Part shown: positions 46,027-54,514 of the stretch, one piece after another | Numbering within the stretch: position 1 is the stretch's first letter | Layout: each line of letters opens with the position of its first letter | DNA from: an uncultured Bdellovibrionales bacterium | GTDB lineage: Bacteria > Patescibacteriota > Minisyncoccia > Moranbacterales > UBA1568 | Reading direction: 5' to 3' | NCBI GenBank assembly: GCA_964384235.1 | Contig: CAYLJX010000001.1 | Location: 169,110-233,109 of the forward strand | Length of the DNA stretch: 64,000 nucleotides | Made by a program: the position numbers and the translations under genes | The notes under the pieces: model-generated | Told to the model about the DNA's origin: nothing | The model's input: the letters and a program-made list of their open reading frames with translations, nothing else | The model's database searches: none

Positions 46027-46312
46027 GACTTGTGTTCCTTTTCAGTCCGAAACGGTCGTGGTCGTGAAGTGACACGAACAAGACGGATTACCGGAACGTG
46101 GCAGGTGTGGTAGGGAACGCATGATAGTCTCCTTTCAGGAGGAAGTGATTGAAAAAGGATTGATGAAACGTCTGATGCGCGTGAGTCTTCGAAACCTCCG
46201 GTTCGAAAAAGTTGTCAAAGGACTTTTAAAAACACGCTTCTCACGGTCTTGTTGCACGAGAAAGGCACGTGATATGGAAGCAACCTTATTACAGGGATTC
46301 CGGTTTTTTCTT

Positions 46313-46362
46313 TCAGACAAACAAAAAACCGGCGAGCGAGTACTGCTGTACGCTTGCCGGTT
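46313..46362 (-). terminator. Rho-independent terminator between the two GGDEF genes
   Basis: The minus strand reads AACCGGCAAGCG ... CGCTCGCCGGTT followed by TTTTTTGTTTG. Confidence 0.75.
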
Positions 46363-46383
46363 CAATCTTAATCCCGAGAAATT

Positions 46384-47328
46384 CTAACCCAGGATATCCT
46401 CGATTTCCTTGGCCAGACTGACGCGGTTACGTCCCTTCGCCTTGGAAACATAGAGGGCGCCGTCGGCTGCGTTGATGGCGCGATCGATTGCTGCCTCGAC
46501 CTCCAGGTTATTGAGATGCTCACTGTCGAGATGCACCTTGGCCACGCCGATGCTTGTCGTGATGCGAAGCGCTCCATCGGCAAAGAGGAAGGTATGGTCC
46601 GCTTCGATTTCTCGACGCAGCTTCTCGGCAAGTTCCAGGGCCCCTTTTTCGTCCTCCTGGATGATGACGAGGAACTCATCCCCTCCCTTTCGGCCGACGA
46701 TATCCGACCCGCGACGACGGAAGACTTCCAGAAGCTTCTTGGCGAATGCCGCAAGCGCCCTGTCCCCTTCCTTGTGTAATTGCATCTCGTCGTTCAGGAC
46801 CTTGAAGCCGTCGAGATCGAGGAAGATGACATACATCTCGGGCATCTCGAGCACGATGTCCGGATGCTGCTTCTCGATCTGTCGCAACGTGTGACCTATG
46901 AGACCGGCCTCACGTTGCATGGCGATCTTGATGCCACGCAAGTTCAGGATCCCGGTCAGCTCATCCAGGAAAGCGATTTCTTTCAGCTGATCCCTCTCCT
47001 TCGTCAGCTCAAGGATCGTTGTGGTCGCTCTTGCTATCACTTCCTGGTCCCGTTCGTGAGAAGCGGCCAGTTTCTTGAGGAGCCCTTCCAGTTTGATGAT
47101 CTCGTTCCGCGCTCTCGCGTGGGCGTTGATCATCGTTTTGGTCTGGCTTGAGGCCTCAGATACTGCATGCTCCAACACCTCCTTCTCTTTTTCGAGCCGC
47201 TGGTTTTCCTTGTGGAGCTGATTGAGCTCAGCCTGCTGCGGGAACAACTGAAACAACTTCTTGATCCACCCCCCGATGAGGAAGGCGGCGAAGTCAACCA
47301 TGCCGTTCTGTTCATTCTTGGTAGTCAT
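46384..47328 (-). CDS. GGDEF-domain diguanylate cyclase with N-terminal coiled-coil
   Basis: Canonical RKGGDEF motif (VGRKGGDEFLVII), DLDGFKVLND, and inhibitory-site-like KVHLDSE. Confidence 0.85.
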   Translation of the reverse strand: MTTKNEQNGMVDFAAFLIGGWIKKLFQLFPQQAELNQLHKENQRLEKEKEVLEHAVSEASSQTKTMINAHARARNEIIKLEGLLKKLAASHERDQEVIARATTTILELTKERDQLKEIAFLDELTGILNLRGIKIAMQREAGLIGHTLRQIEKQHPDIVLEMPEMYVIFLDLDGFKVLNDEMQLHKEGDRALAAFAKKLLEVFRRRGSDIVGRKGGDEFLVIIQEDEKGALELAEKLRREIEADHTFLFADGALRITTSIGVAKVHLDSEHLNNLEVEAAIDRAINAADGALYVSKAKGRNRVSLAKEIEDILG

Positions 47329-47566
47329 TTTCAGCCCTCCTCAGGCAAAAAGATGTGGAAAGTTGAGCGCAAAACAGAGGTCTTGGCACTCAGGGGGTGA
47401 TTTTAAGGTACAATTACCATTATAGTACAAAAACATATTTTTGTCAAGAGTGCTCGAGCGAGATTCTTTTGCTACAATACAGATGATTGTTTACCAATCA
47501 TTCACTCTTACTCTTGTTTTCTCTTCTCACTTTTGACTTTTAACCTTTGACTTTTGCCTTTACGTT

Positions 47567-48724
47567 ATGCGTCTCTCCTACTCCAGTCTCGATACCTACC
47601 AGACCTGTCCGCTCAAGTACAAGTTCCGCGAGATCGACAAGCTGTCTGAGCCCAAGTCCAAGGAGGCACAGTTCGGCACGCTCATCCACTCGGTGATGAA
47701 GTATATCCATACGCCGAGCCTCCTTCCCCCTACCCTGGAACAGGCGCTCGACCTCTATGCCAAGGGATTCAATCCGGAGACGTACGACAACGAACTCGAG
47801 GAACGCGCAGCCTTTTCCGCCGGCGTGCAGATGATTCAGAATTACTACGGGAACAACAAACCGGAGGATTTCACCATCGTCGACTTGGAAAGCCGTTTCG
47901 CTATCGAGATCGGAAACGAGGAAACAGGGAAACACATTGTCTCCGGTATCATCGACCGTATCGACAAGACCGCCGATGGCTACGAGATCATCGACTACAA
48001 GACGACGCGCAAGATGCCCTCGCAGGACAAGGTCGACAACGACATCCAGCTCTCCATCTATCTCACGGCGTTTCTCAAACGGTATCCCAAGGAAGCCGAG
48101 AACCTCGACAAGATCACGGTGAGCCTCTACTACCTCAAGCACGGCGTGAAGCTTTCTTCCAAGCGGACGAAAGAGCAACTGGAGAAGTTGGAAAAGACCT
48201 TCCTCGATGTCATACAGAGCATCGAAGAGGAGAAATTCGACCCTATCCTCTCCCCTCTCTGCGACTGGTGCGGGTATCAGAAGATCTGCCCCCTGTGGAA
48301 GCACAAGTTCGCCGAGACCCACAAAGTGGAAACGGACGAAGTGAAGCAGGCCATCGGCGACTATATGGATCTCAAATCGAAGATGAGCGAGGAGAAACTG
48401 CGTCTTGGCAAGCTTCAGTCCCTCATCCTCTCCTACATGGAACAGGAAGGCGTGGAGCGCGTCTTCGGCGAGCAAGGCATCATCGGCAAGTCGCTCCGGA
48501 AAACGTACAAGTACGATGAGGAGAAACTGAAAAATCTCCTCGAGCCGCTCGACAAGTGGGAGGCCGTTCTCAAGGTCGACGGCGTGGCGCTCCGTAACAT
48601 CCTGGCCGTCCTCCCCTCTTCCGTGAGACAGGAGGCCGAATCCGCCAAGACGATCGACAAGGAAAGCGTCTCGCTCTCCGTCAAGAAAGCGAAGATCGAG
48701 GCGGATGATGAGCTTGCGTTCTGA
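47567..48724 (+). CDS. PD-(D/E)XK nuclease superfamily protein, Cas4/RecB-like, with Cys cluster
   Basis: N-terminal Cys (TCPLKYKF), catalytic core D..EIIDYKT (D-x(n)-E-x-K), and C-terminal CDWCGYQKIC (C-x2-C-x5-C). Standalone; no CRISPR array or cas genes nearby. Confidence 0.7.
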   Translation: MRLSYSSLDTYQTCPLKYKFREIDKLSEPKSKEAQFGTLIHSVMKYIHTPSLLPPTLEQALDLYAKGFNPETYDNELEERAAFSAGVQMIQNYYGNNKPEDFTIVDLESRFAIEIGNEETGKHIVSGIIDRIDKTADGYEIIDYKTTRKMPSQDKVDNDIQLSIYLTAFLKRYPKEAENLDKITVSLYYLKHGVKLSSKRTKEQLEKLEKTFLDVIQSIEEEKFDPILSPLCDWCGYQKICPLWKHKFAETHKVETDEVKQAIGDYMDLKSKMSEEKLRLGKLQSLILSYMEQEGVERVFGEQGIIGKSLRKTYKYDEEKLKNLLEPLDKWEAVLKVDGVALRNILAVLPSSVRQEAESAKTIDKESVSLSVKKAKIEADDELAF

Positions 48725-48776
48725 AACGCTCCGTGACGTGATATACTAGAGGTGTCTTTTTTTGTAACCGATAAAT

Positions 48777-49922
48777 ATGAAAATCGAGCAGCGACGGTTC
48801 GTAAGCGGAAAGTGGGAGGCACCGGTTGGTCCGAACGTCGGCGCTACGGCGCAATTGGTCCTGGCGTTCGGAAGCCGGGCGCTGGTCGAGGACGAGAGCG
48901 CGTATAAGCAGCTCGCCGAGTGGTATCCGGCGGCCAATATCATCCTCGGTTCGACATCGGGTGAGATTTTCGATACGACAGTCGCGGATGACACGTTGTC
49001 TGTCGCGGCGATCTTTTTCGAAAAGACGACGGTGGTGGTCGGCAAGACGACCATCGAAAATTATGAGGAGAGCCGTGAGGTCGGACGTCGCCTGGCGGGA
49101 ACGCTTCCTCAGGAGGGTCTGACGCATGTGCTCGTATTTTCCGAAGGATTGAAGGTCAACGGGACGCAACTGGTAGCCGGTCTCGGTGAGGGTTTGCCGA
49201 AAAACGTTTCGGTGACAGGTGGTCTGGTCGGTGACGCGGAGCTTTTCAAGGAAACGGCGGTCGGTCTCGACGGACCGGCACAGTCCGGTATCGTGGTCGC
49301 GGTCGGTCTCTACGGAAACGCCCTCAAGGTCGGCTATGGGTCGCTCGGCGGTTGGGATCCCTTCGGTATCGAGCGCATCATCACCAAGTCCAAAGGCAAC
49401 ATCCTCTACGAACTCGACGGTCGCCCGGCCCTGGAGCTCTACAAGGAATATCTCGGTGATCAGGCCAAGGACCTCCCGGGCAGCGGTATCCTCTTTCCTC
49501 TGAGCATCGAGGTCAGAACCGGAGGAAAAGAGGCCAACGTCGTGCGCGCCGTCCTCTCCATCAACGAGGCCGATCAGAGCATGAACTTTGCCGGCGACGT
49601 ACCGGAAGGCGTTCCTGCCCAGCTCATGAAGGCCAATTTCGAACGCATCATCGAAGGCGCGGAAAAAGCCGCTAGCATGAGTATCGAGAGCATCGGGAAC
49701 GGTCAGGCCGAACTCGCCCTTCTGGTCTCCTGCATCGGCCGGAAGATGGTGCTTCGCGAACGGACCGAAGAAGAGCTCGAAGCGGTCCGCAACGTGGTCG
49801 GTCCGCAGGCGGTCATCACCGGTTTCTATTCGTACGGCGAGCTCTGTCCGACAGTCGCTACCGAAAAGCAGTGCCAGCTTCACAATCAGACGATGACCAT
49901 TACCACCCTGCGCGAAGAGTAG
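48777..49922 (+). CDS. FIST-domain sensor protein (FIST_N + FIST_C)
   Basis: Typical FIST sequence (LVLAFGS..., GGLVGDAELF, ITGFYSYGELCP). Confidence 0.75.
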   Translation: MKIEQRRFVSGKWEAPVGPNVGATAQLVLAFGSRALVEDESAYKQLAEWYPAANIILGSTSGEIFDTTVADDTLSVAAIFFEKTTVVVGKTTIENYEESREVGRRLAGTLPQEGLTHVLVFSEGLKVNGTQLVAGLGEGLPKNVSVTGGLVGDAELFKETAVGLDGPAQSGIVVAVGLYGNALKVGYGSLGGWDPFGIERIITKSKGNILYELDGRPALELYKEYLGDQAKDLPGSGILFPLSIEVRTGGKEANVVRAVLSINEADQSMNFAGDVPEGVPAQLMKANFERIIEGAEKAASMSIESIGNGQAELALLVSCIGRKMVLRERTEEELEAVRNVVGPQAVITGFYSYGELCPTVATEKQCQLHNQTMTITTLREE

Positions 49923-49956
49923 TCATTCAAAAAGCAAAAAAACAAACACCACTTTC

Positions 49957-50673
49957 ATGACTTTCGATTTAAACTCTCTCAACCTGCATCCCACGCTCAA
50001 GCGGCAGATCACCAGGTATCTTCCTTCGGAGACGCCGGTTCTCGCTGTGCATGCGCCCATACTCAAAGCGATCAGTGAGACCTATACCCACGCCGACGAC
50101 GATCGGACGCTCTTTGGGCGCTCTCTGGACCTGAGTTCCAAGGAACTCTCTGGGAACGTCTCTCTGCTCAAGGCGACGCTTGAGGCGACGACCGACGGTA
50201 TCCTCGTGGTAGGAAGTGACGGCCGGATCGTCACTCACAACCAGAAATTCGTCGACATGTGGCACATCTCCAAGGAAGTGATGGCGACGCGGCAGGATGA
50301 CAAGGCGATCGAGTTTGTCCGGGAACAGCTCGTCGATCCGGAGACCTTTACGGAAAAGGTCAAAGAACTGTACAACCAGGCGGATGCCACAGGCTTTGAT
50401 ATCTTGGAGTTCAAGGACGGCCGTGTGTTCGAGCGCTATTCTATCCCCCAGAAGGTCAGAGGCAAGACCGTGGGTCGCGTCTGGAGTTTCCGCGACGTGA
50501 CGGAAAAGTACCGGTCGGAAAAAGACCTCGAGAAGAAGGTCGTCGAGCTCGAAAAGATGAACAAGTTCATGATCGAACGCGAGCTCAAGCTCGTCAACCT
50601 CAAGAAGGAACTCAAAGCCCTCAAGGCAAAGTACGGCGAATCCTCCCCTGCCGAGGAGGAGGAAGCGGTCTAA
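49957..50673 (+). CDS. Stand-alone PAS-domain protein with C-terminal coiled-coil, no output domain
   Basis: PAS fold (LEATTDGILVVGSDGRIVTHNQKFVDMWH ... GRVFERYSIPQKVRGKTVGRVWSFRDVTE). Confidence 0.75.
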   Translation: MTFDLNSLNLHPTLKRQITRYLPSETPVLAVHAPILKAISETYTHADDDRTLFGRSLDLSSKELSGNVSLLKATLEATTDGILVVGSDGRIVTHNQKFVDMWHISKEVMATRQDDKAIEFVREQLVDPETFTEKVKELYNQADATGFDILEFKDGRVFERYSIPQKVRGKTVGRVWSFRDVTEKYRSEKDLEKKVVELEKMNKFMIERELKLVNLKKELKALKAKYGESSPAEEEEAV

Positions 50674-51386
50674 GACCCTTTCTTTTGGATCGTCGCGACA
50701 ATCGCGGCGTGGTCACTTACACCGAATTGTAGTCGGACGTTTTCAGTCTGGTATTCCGGGGTACTGAAGAGCCCGTCGACCATGAACCGTACCGCTCCCT
50801 TGGTCTTGTGAAGGTTTGGATCCAGGCTGGTATCGTACTTGCTTGGGATATGATCTCGATATTTCATGGCGATCGTATCAAAGGTTTCCATTCCTCGGGG
50901 AGCGTTGAAGTCGCCGCAGAAAAGGATGTCACGGTAGCCGGAGAGGAGATCGAGAAATACGGAAAGGTCGCGACGTTGCCGGTCGTCAGGTTCCCCTTTT
51001 CCCGTGAAGGTGAAGTGCGTCGTTCCGATCGTGTAATCAGTCCCATCGCAAGAGACCGACCCGGTGAGAAGTACCCTGTTGACCACATGACCCCAGGTGA
51101 AATCTTTTGCGGAAAAATAATATTCGGTCCGGATATCCGTGAGCGGAAAGCGTGAAAACAAGCCGATACCGACCATTGCCTTTTCCTCGTCGGGATTTTC
51201 GATTGTACCCATTGGAGCGAAGGCATGATAATAGCCATATCTCTCTGCGAAATCGTGCACCTCGTTTTCCCGCAGCTCCTGAAGGCAGAGGATGTCTGGG
51301 TTTTCTCTCGCGACGAAATCACGGACCCGCGTTTGGTGCATGGTCCCGTCCGCCCCCTGGATATTGATGGATACGAGCTTGAGCAT
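50670..51386 (-). CDS. Endonuclease/exonuclease/phosphatase (EEP) family protein
   Basis: LCLQEL, GDFNAP and SDHAAIV motifs. Confidence 0.8.
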   Translation of the reverse strand: MLKLVSINIQGADGTMHQTRVRDFVARENPDILCLQELRENEVHDFAERYGYYHAFAPMGTIENPDEEKAMVGIGLFSRFPLTDIRTEYYFSAKDFTWGHVVNRVLLTGSVSCDGTDYTIGTTHFTFTGKGEPDDRQRRDLSVFLDLLSGYRDILFCGDFNAPRGMETFDTIAMKYRDHIPSKYDTSLDPNLHKTKGAVRFMVDGLFSTPEYQTENVRLQFGVSDHAAIVATIQKKGS

Positions 51387-51395
51387 GGGACTCTT

Positions 51396-51740
51396 TCAGT
51401 TTAGTTCAGAAACGAGTTGAATCCTGATCGCAAGAACGCCGAATTCTTTCTCCTCTTCCGGAGTGTATGTCTTATACATTTTCATATATTCGTCCTGGCT
51501 GAGGCTCCCGTATTCATTCGGTGGAAAGGCAGCGAACATTTCTTTGAACGAAGGAAAGACTGATAGAGCGAGTATCTTGGTTAGGATTTTCTCTTCTTCA
51601 TCGTGCGCAAGACGAAACTCGATCTCGTCCCCTATTTTGAGCCGTCTTCTTTTCTCATCGTTCAATCTGATCTCGATGACTTTCGATCCATCCTTGATTT
51701 TCCCAAATCCGCTGGGATTGAGTTTCATGCGATGAAGCAT
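51396..51740 (-). CDS. ASCH-domain (PUA-like, nucleic-acid/modified-base-binding) protein
   Basis: GSKVIEIRLNDEKRRRLKIGDEIEF core; markedly lower GC. The track start (TTG at 51797) coincides with the -35 box of its own promoter, so the ATG at 51740 is used (51728 is also possible). Confidence 0.6.
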   Translation of the reverse strand: MLHRMKLNPSGFGKIKDGSKVIEIRLNDEKRRRLKIGDEIEFRLAHDEEEKILTKILALSVFPSFKEMFAAFPPNEYGSLSQDEYMKMYKTYTPEEEKEFGVLAIRIQLVSELN

Positions 51741-51768
51741 AGGGTTGACGGGTCTATATAACAACTGA

Positions 51769-51797
51769 AATATAGCCTTAAAACAAGCTTTTTTCAA
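51769..51797 (-). promoter_or_regulatory. Promoter of the ASCH-EEP operon (TTGAAA-17-TATATT)
   Basis: Minus-strand TTGAAA (51797-51792) and TATATT (51774-51769). Confidence 0.55.
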
Positions 51798-51862
51798 GAG
51801 AGAAACAGTCTGAAATCCTAAGAGATAAAACGATAGTTTTGACAGGTTTTTGTTTCTTTGGC

Positions 51863-51890
51863 TTGAAAAAAATCCGATTTTGTGTAGAAT
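51863..51890 (+). promoter_or_regulatory. tRNA-Gln promoter (TTGAAA-16-TAGAAT)
   Basis: Sequence read. Confidence 0.55.
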
Positions 51891-51916
51891 AGGGAGGTAT
51901 ATTTTATGACCGATAT

Positions 51917-51988
51917 TGGGGAGTAGCCAAGCGGTAAGGCACCAGGTTCTGGCCCTGGTATGCGTAGGTTCGATCCCTACCTCCCCAG
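51917..51988 (+). tRNA. tRNA-Gln (anticodon CUG)
   Basis: UGGGGAG acceptor paired with CUCCCCA, anticodon stem CCAGG/CCUGG with loop UUCUGGC, T arm GUAGG-UUCGAUC-CCUAC. Confidence 0.85.
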
Positions 51989-51996
51989 CACATCAA

Positions 51997-52039
51997 ATCA
52001 AAGAACGTATCCTTCTTTGGGTGCGTTCTTTGATTTTAT
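51997..52039 (+). terminator. Rho-independent terminator after tRNA-Gln
   Basis: ATCAAAGAACG ... CGTTCTTTGAT followed by TTTTAT. Confidence 0.75.
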
Positions 52040-52257
52040 CTGAAGAGTAGGAATCGAACAGTGAAAGGGGTCGGGAAAACTCCCGTTTTCCCGTTGCGGA
52101 GAGCAGCCCGTCAGGGCGCTGAGAACCGAGGGGTTCTCAGAGAGCGCCGAGTGAAACGAGAAGCGAGTGAGATCCTGCCTCCACAGTATTTCAACATAAA
52201 AAAATCGGGTGATTGGAAGGATTCCAACCACCCTTTTCATGTCATATGACCCGTCGG

Positions 52258-52689
52258 TCAGCTGCTGGTCCGTTGACCGTTTTTCGACCCGACCCCGAAG
52301 AATTCTGCCGCGTCGTCGACGTTTGTCATGCCGAACGGCTTCCCTTCGCCGTCTTCGATCGCCTTGCACACTTTTTTCATGCATTGGGCGAAGAGCTCGA
52401 CCGCATCTTCCCAGACACGCATGGTCTGTCGGAGCGATGTCTCAGACAGGGAGCGCTCCGGCTCATTACGGCCGTATCGGCTCAGGGAGACATTATGCTT
52501 CTTCCCGTCGCTACGGAGGGAAAGTCCTCGGATCACGTACAGGTCTTGCGTGTGTAGCTCTACCCAGACCTGGCCCAGATCAAGCGAGATTTTGCCGCGA
52601 GGACTGCGGCGGAGTTCGGGGTGTCCCTGAGGTCTTTTCCCTTGTAAGTCACCCAAGCGCCTCGGTGAAAGTTTGCTTTTAACAGTCAT
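52258..52689 (-). CDS. Hypothetical basic protein, co-oriented immediately downstream of the HD-hydrolase gene
   Basis: SD GGAGAG 6 nt before the ATG at 52689 (track start 52701 lacks an SD). Arg/Lys-rich; no recognisable domain. Confidence 0.4.
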   Translation of the reverse strand: MTVKSKLSPRRLGDLQGKRPQGHPELRRSPRGKISLDLGQVWVELHTQDLYVIRGLSLRSDGKKHNVSLSRYGRNEPERSLSETSLRQTMRVWEDAVELFAQCMKKVCKAIEDGEGKPFGMTNVDDAAEFFGVGSKNGQRTSS

Positions 52690-52822
52690 GATTCTCTCCA
52701 TACCCGTTTTGGAAAACAGCTACTGTCATTTCTCGCATGACCCAGTCATTCTGTCAATGCAATCCGGTACCCTGGTCCTTTTCTGAAAAAAACGCGCCGT
52801 GGTCCTGTGGTCAGGTACGGCG

Positions 52823-53497
52823 CTAGAGGTTCTCGGCTTCGCGCAGGGCGGCACAGAGCTCCTTGTAGAGGAACTGGTACTTCCTGGCGAGATCCAAAAG
52901 GTGGATTTTCGTCTCACGCGTCTTGTACAGACGGCGGGCTCTGTCCCGGATGAAGCAGAGGGTGATGATGTTGTGGAGCCGGTCGCAGAGCTTCACCCGG
53001 ATCGACCCGGTATGTACCCGGCGCATCCTCCCTCTCATGCGGGGTTTCACGGCGTGGCTTCGTCTGATGCGGGTGTAATAATATGCGGCCCGATCCTCTT
53101 CGGAAGCGAAGTAATGCAGATGCGGGATGATGGTGCACTCATCGACGATCTTAGCGATGCTTCTTCCGAAGCGTGCCGCGATCTTGTACGTCGGCCATCT
53201 CGTCCAGAATTCCTCTTGGATGTCATGGAGGATGAGAGCACAGATTACCCGATAATCCTTGATGCCGGCGTAGATGACTCCGATCACCACGACGGCGTGG
53301 AGGTGGGTCATGTACGGTTCCCCGCTTTCGCGTCGGACGTTTGCGAATTCGTGCTCGGCGAGCTCGTAGGCGTCCTTGATGGAACGATAGCGGTGATCGG
53401 TACGTCTGAAGAGATGCCCTTCCAGATGACGGAAGAGCGACTGCTTGGAGGCGTAGCGCTCCAAGAGGCGGCGAATCTTCGCTAGTCTTCCGTCCAT
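52823..53497 (-). CDS. Stand-alone HD-domain (p)ppGpp pyrophosphohydrolase, RelA/SpoT hydrolase-domain homolog (small alarmone hydrolase, Mesh1-like)
   Basis: HEFANVRRESGEPYMTHLHAV, ILHDIQEE and VKLCDRLHNIITL match the RSH hydrolase motifs. The start ATG at 53497 carries SD AGGAGA; the track TTG at 53572 overlaps a TTGACG -35 box. Confidence 0.75.
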   Translation of the reverse strand: MDGRLAKIRRLLERYASKQSLFRHLEGHLFRRTDHRYRSIKDAYELAEHEFANVRRESGEPYMTHLHAVVVIGVIYAGIKDYRVICALILHDIQEEFWTRWPTYKIAARFGRSIAKIVDECTIIPHLHYFASEEDRAAYYYTRIRRSHAVKPRMRGRMRRVHTGSIRVKLCDRLHNIITLCFIRDRARRLYKTRETKIHLLDLARKYQFLYKELCAALREAENL

Positions 53498-53596
53498 GGT
53501 AAGTCTCCTGATTGGGTTGAATTGGGAAAGATCCAGACATTGAAACATACCCCATTTTAGGGTATTCGTCAAGGACCGTTTTTTGCTTCAGGGAAG

Positions 53597-54511
53597 CTAC
53601 ACTTTCAGATAGCGGCGGATGGCGATGATACTCGAGATGACCCCGAGGAAAACGCCGAGAAGAAGCAGTCCGATGAAGGTGAAGACGAAGTTCTGCAGGT
53701 AGAGATCCGTGAAATTCCCCTGGGGGATGGCTCCTTCGGTGAGCGGCGCGATGGCGCGGGCAGCGGCGAAGAGCAGGACCATCGTGACGACCGCCGCGGT
53801 GATGCCATAGAAGGCACCCTCGAAGAGGAAGGGTGTGCGGACGTAGAGGTTGGACGCGCCGACGAGACGCATGATCTCGAATTCCTGGCGGTGTGAGTAG
53901 ATGGTGATGCGGATGGTGTTGAACGTGATGAGGACGGCGATGAAGATGAAGATGGCGCCGAGGAACAATCCGGCCCTCTCCGTCGTCCGATTGATCTTCT
54001 CGACGCGGTTGAAGACTCGCTCATTCTTGTCGAAATTGGTGCGGCTCACGTCGTTCTGGAAGGTAGAGTTCTTGATTTCCTGGTCGATGAGGGCATAGTC
54101 CTCCGGGTGGACAGCCTTGATGGTGAGGGACGGCAGGAGCGGGTTCTCACCGATTTCCTCGACGGCCTGGACGATGATCGGGTCATGCTTGTTTTCCGCG
54201 AGGAACTGTGAGAGCGCTTCGTCACGGGAGATATATTCCACCGAGGCGATCTCCTTGGTGTACTTGGAGAGCTCGTCACGGATCTGGAGGATGCGTTCCT
54301 CGGGAACGTCCGGGTTGAATGAGACGATCATGTTCACCTTCTCCCGCATATTCTCGAGCATGAGCTTGGTCGTGACGCCCAGGAGGAATGAGAAGCCTAC
54401 GATGAACAGGGAAAAAGTCAGGATAGAGACCGTCGCGAAGGACAGCCAGCCGTTGCGCCGGAAGTTCTTCCCGCCTTCTTTGAACGTTCTCCAAAGTTTG
54501 AGCGTCTTCAT
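53597..54511 (-). CDS. ftsX: Cell-division ABC transporter permease FtsX
   Basis: FtsX architecture: TM1, periplasmic domain, three C-terminal TMs (RLVGASNLYVRTPF). Confidence 0.88.
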   Translation of the reverse strand: MKTLKLWRTFKEGGKNFRRNGWLSFATVSILTFSLFIVGFSFLLGVTTKLMLENMREKVNMIVSFNPDVPEERILQIRDELSKYTKEIASVEYISRDEALSQFLAENKHDPIIVQAVEEIGENPLLPSLTIKAVHPEDYALIDQEIKNSTFQNDVSRTNFDKNERVFNRVEKINRTTERAGLFLGAIFIFIAVLITFNTIRITIYSHRQEFEIMRLVGASNLYVRTPFLFEGAFYGITAAVVTMVLLFAAARAIAPLTEGAIPQGNFTDLYLQNFVFTFIGLLLLGVFLGVISSIIAIRRYLKV

Positions 54512-54514
54512 ATC

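Noticed and set aside
46121-46387. 88-aa plus-strand ORF between the two GGDEF genes
   Set aside because: It overlaps the minus-strand terminator and leader region, has no RBS, and its translation is basic and low-complexity; it is likely spurious.
51795-51797. TTG start of the ASCH gene and ATG 39285 start of the 2H-phosphoesterase as given by the ORF track
   Set aside because: Both codons fall inside predicted promoter hexamers (the TTG is the TTGAAA -35 box; ATG 39285 lies inside the TATGAT -10 box). Downstream in-frame ATGs are used instead.
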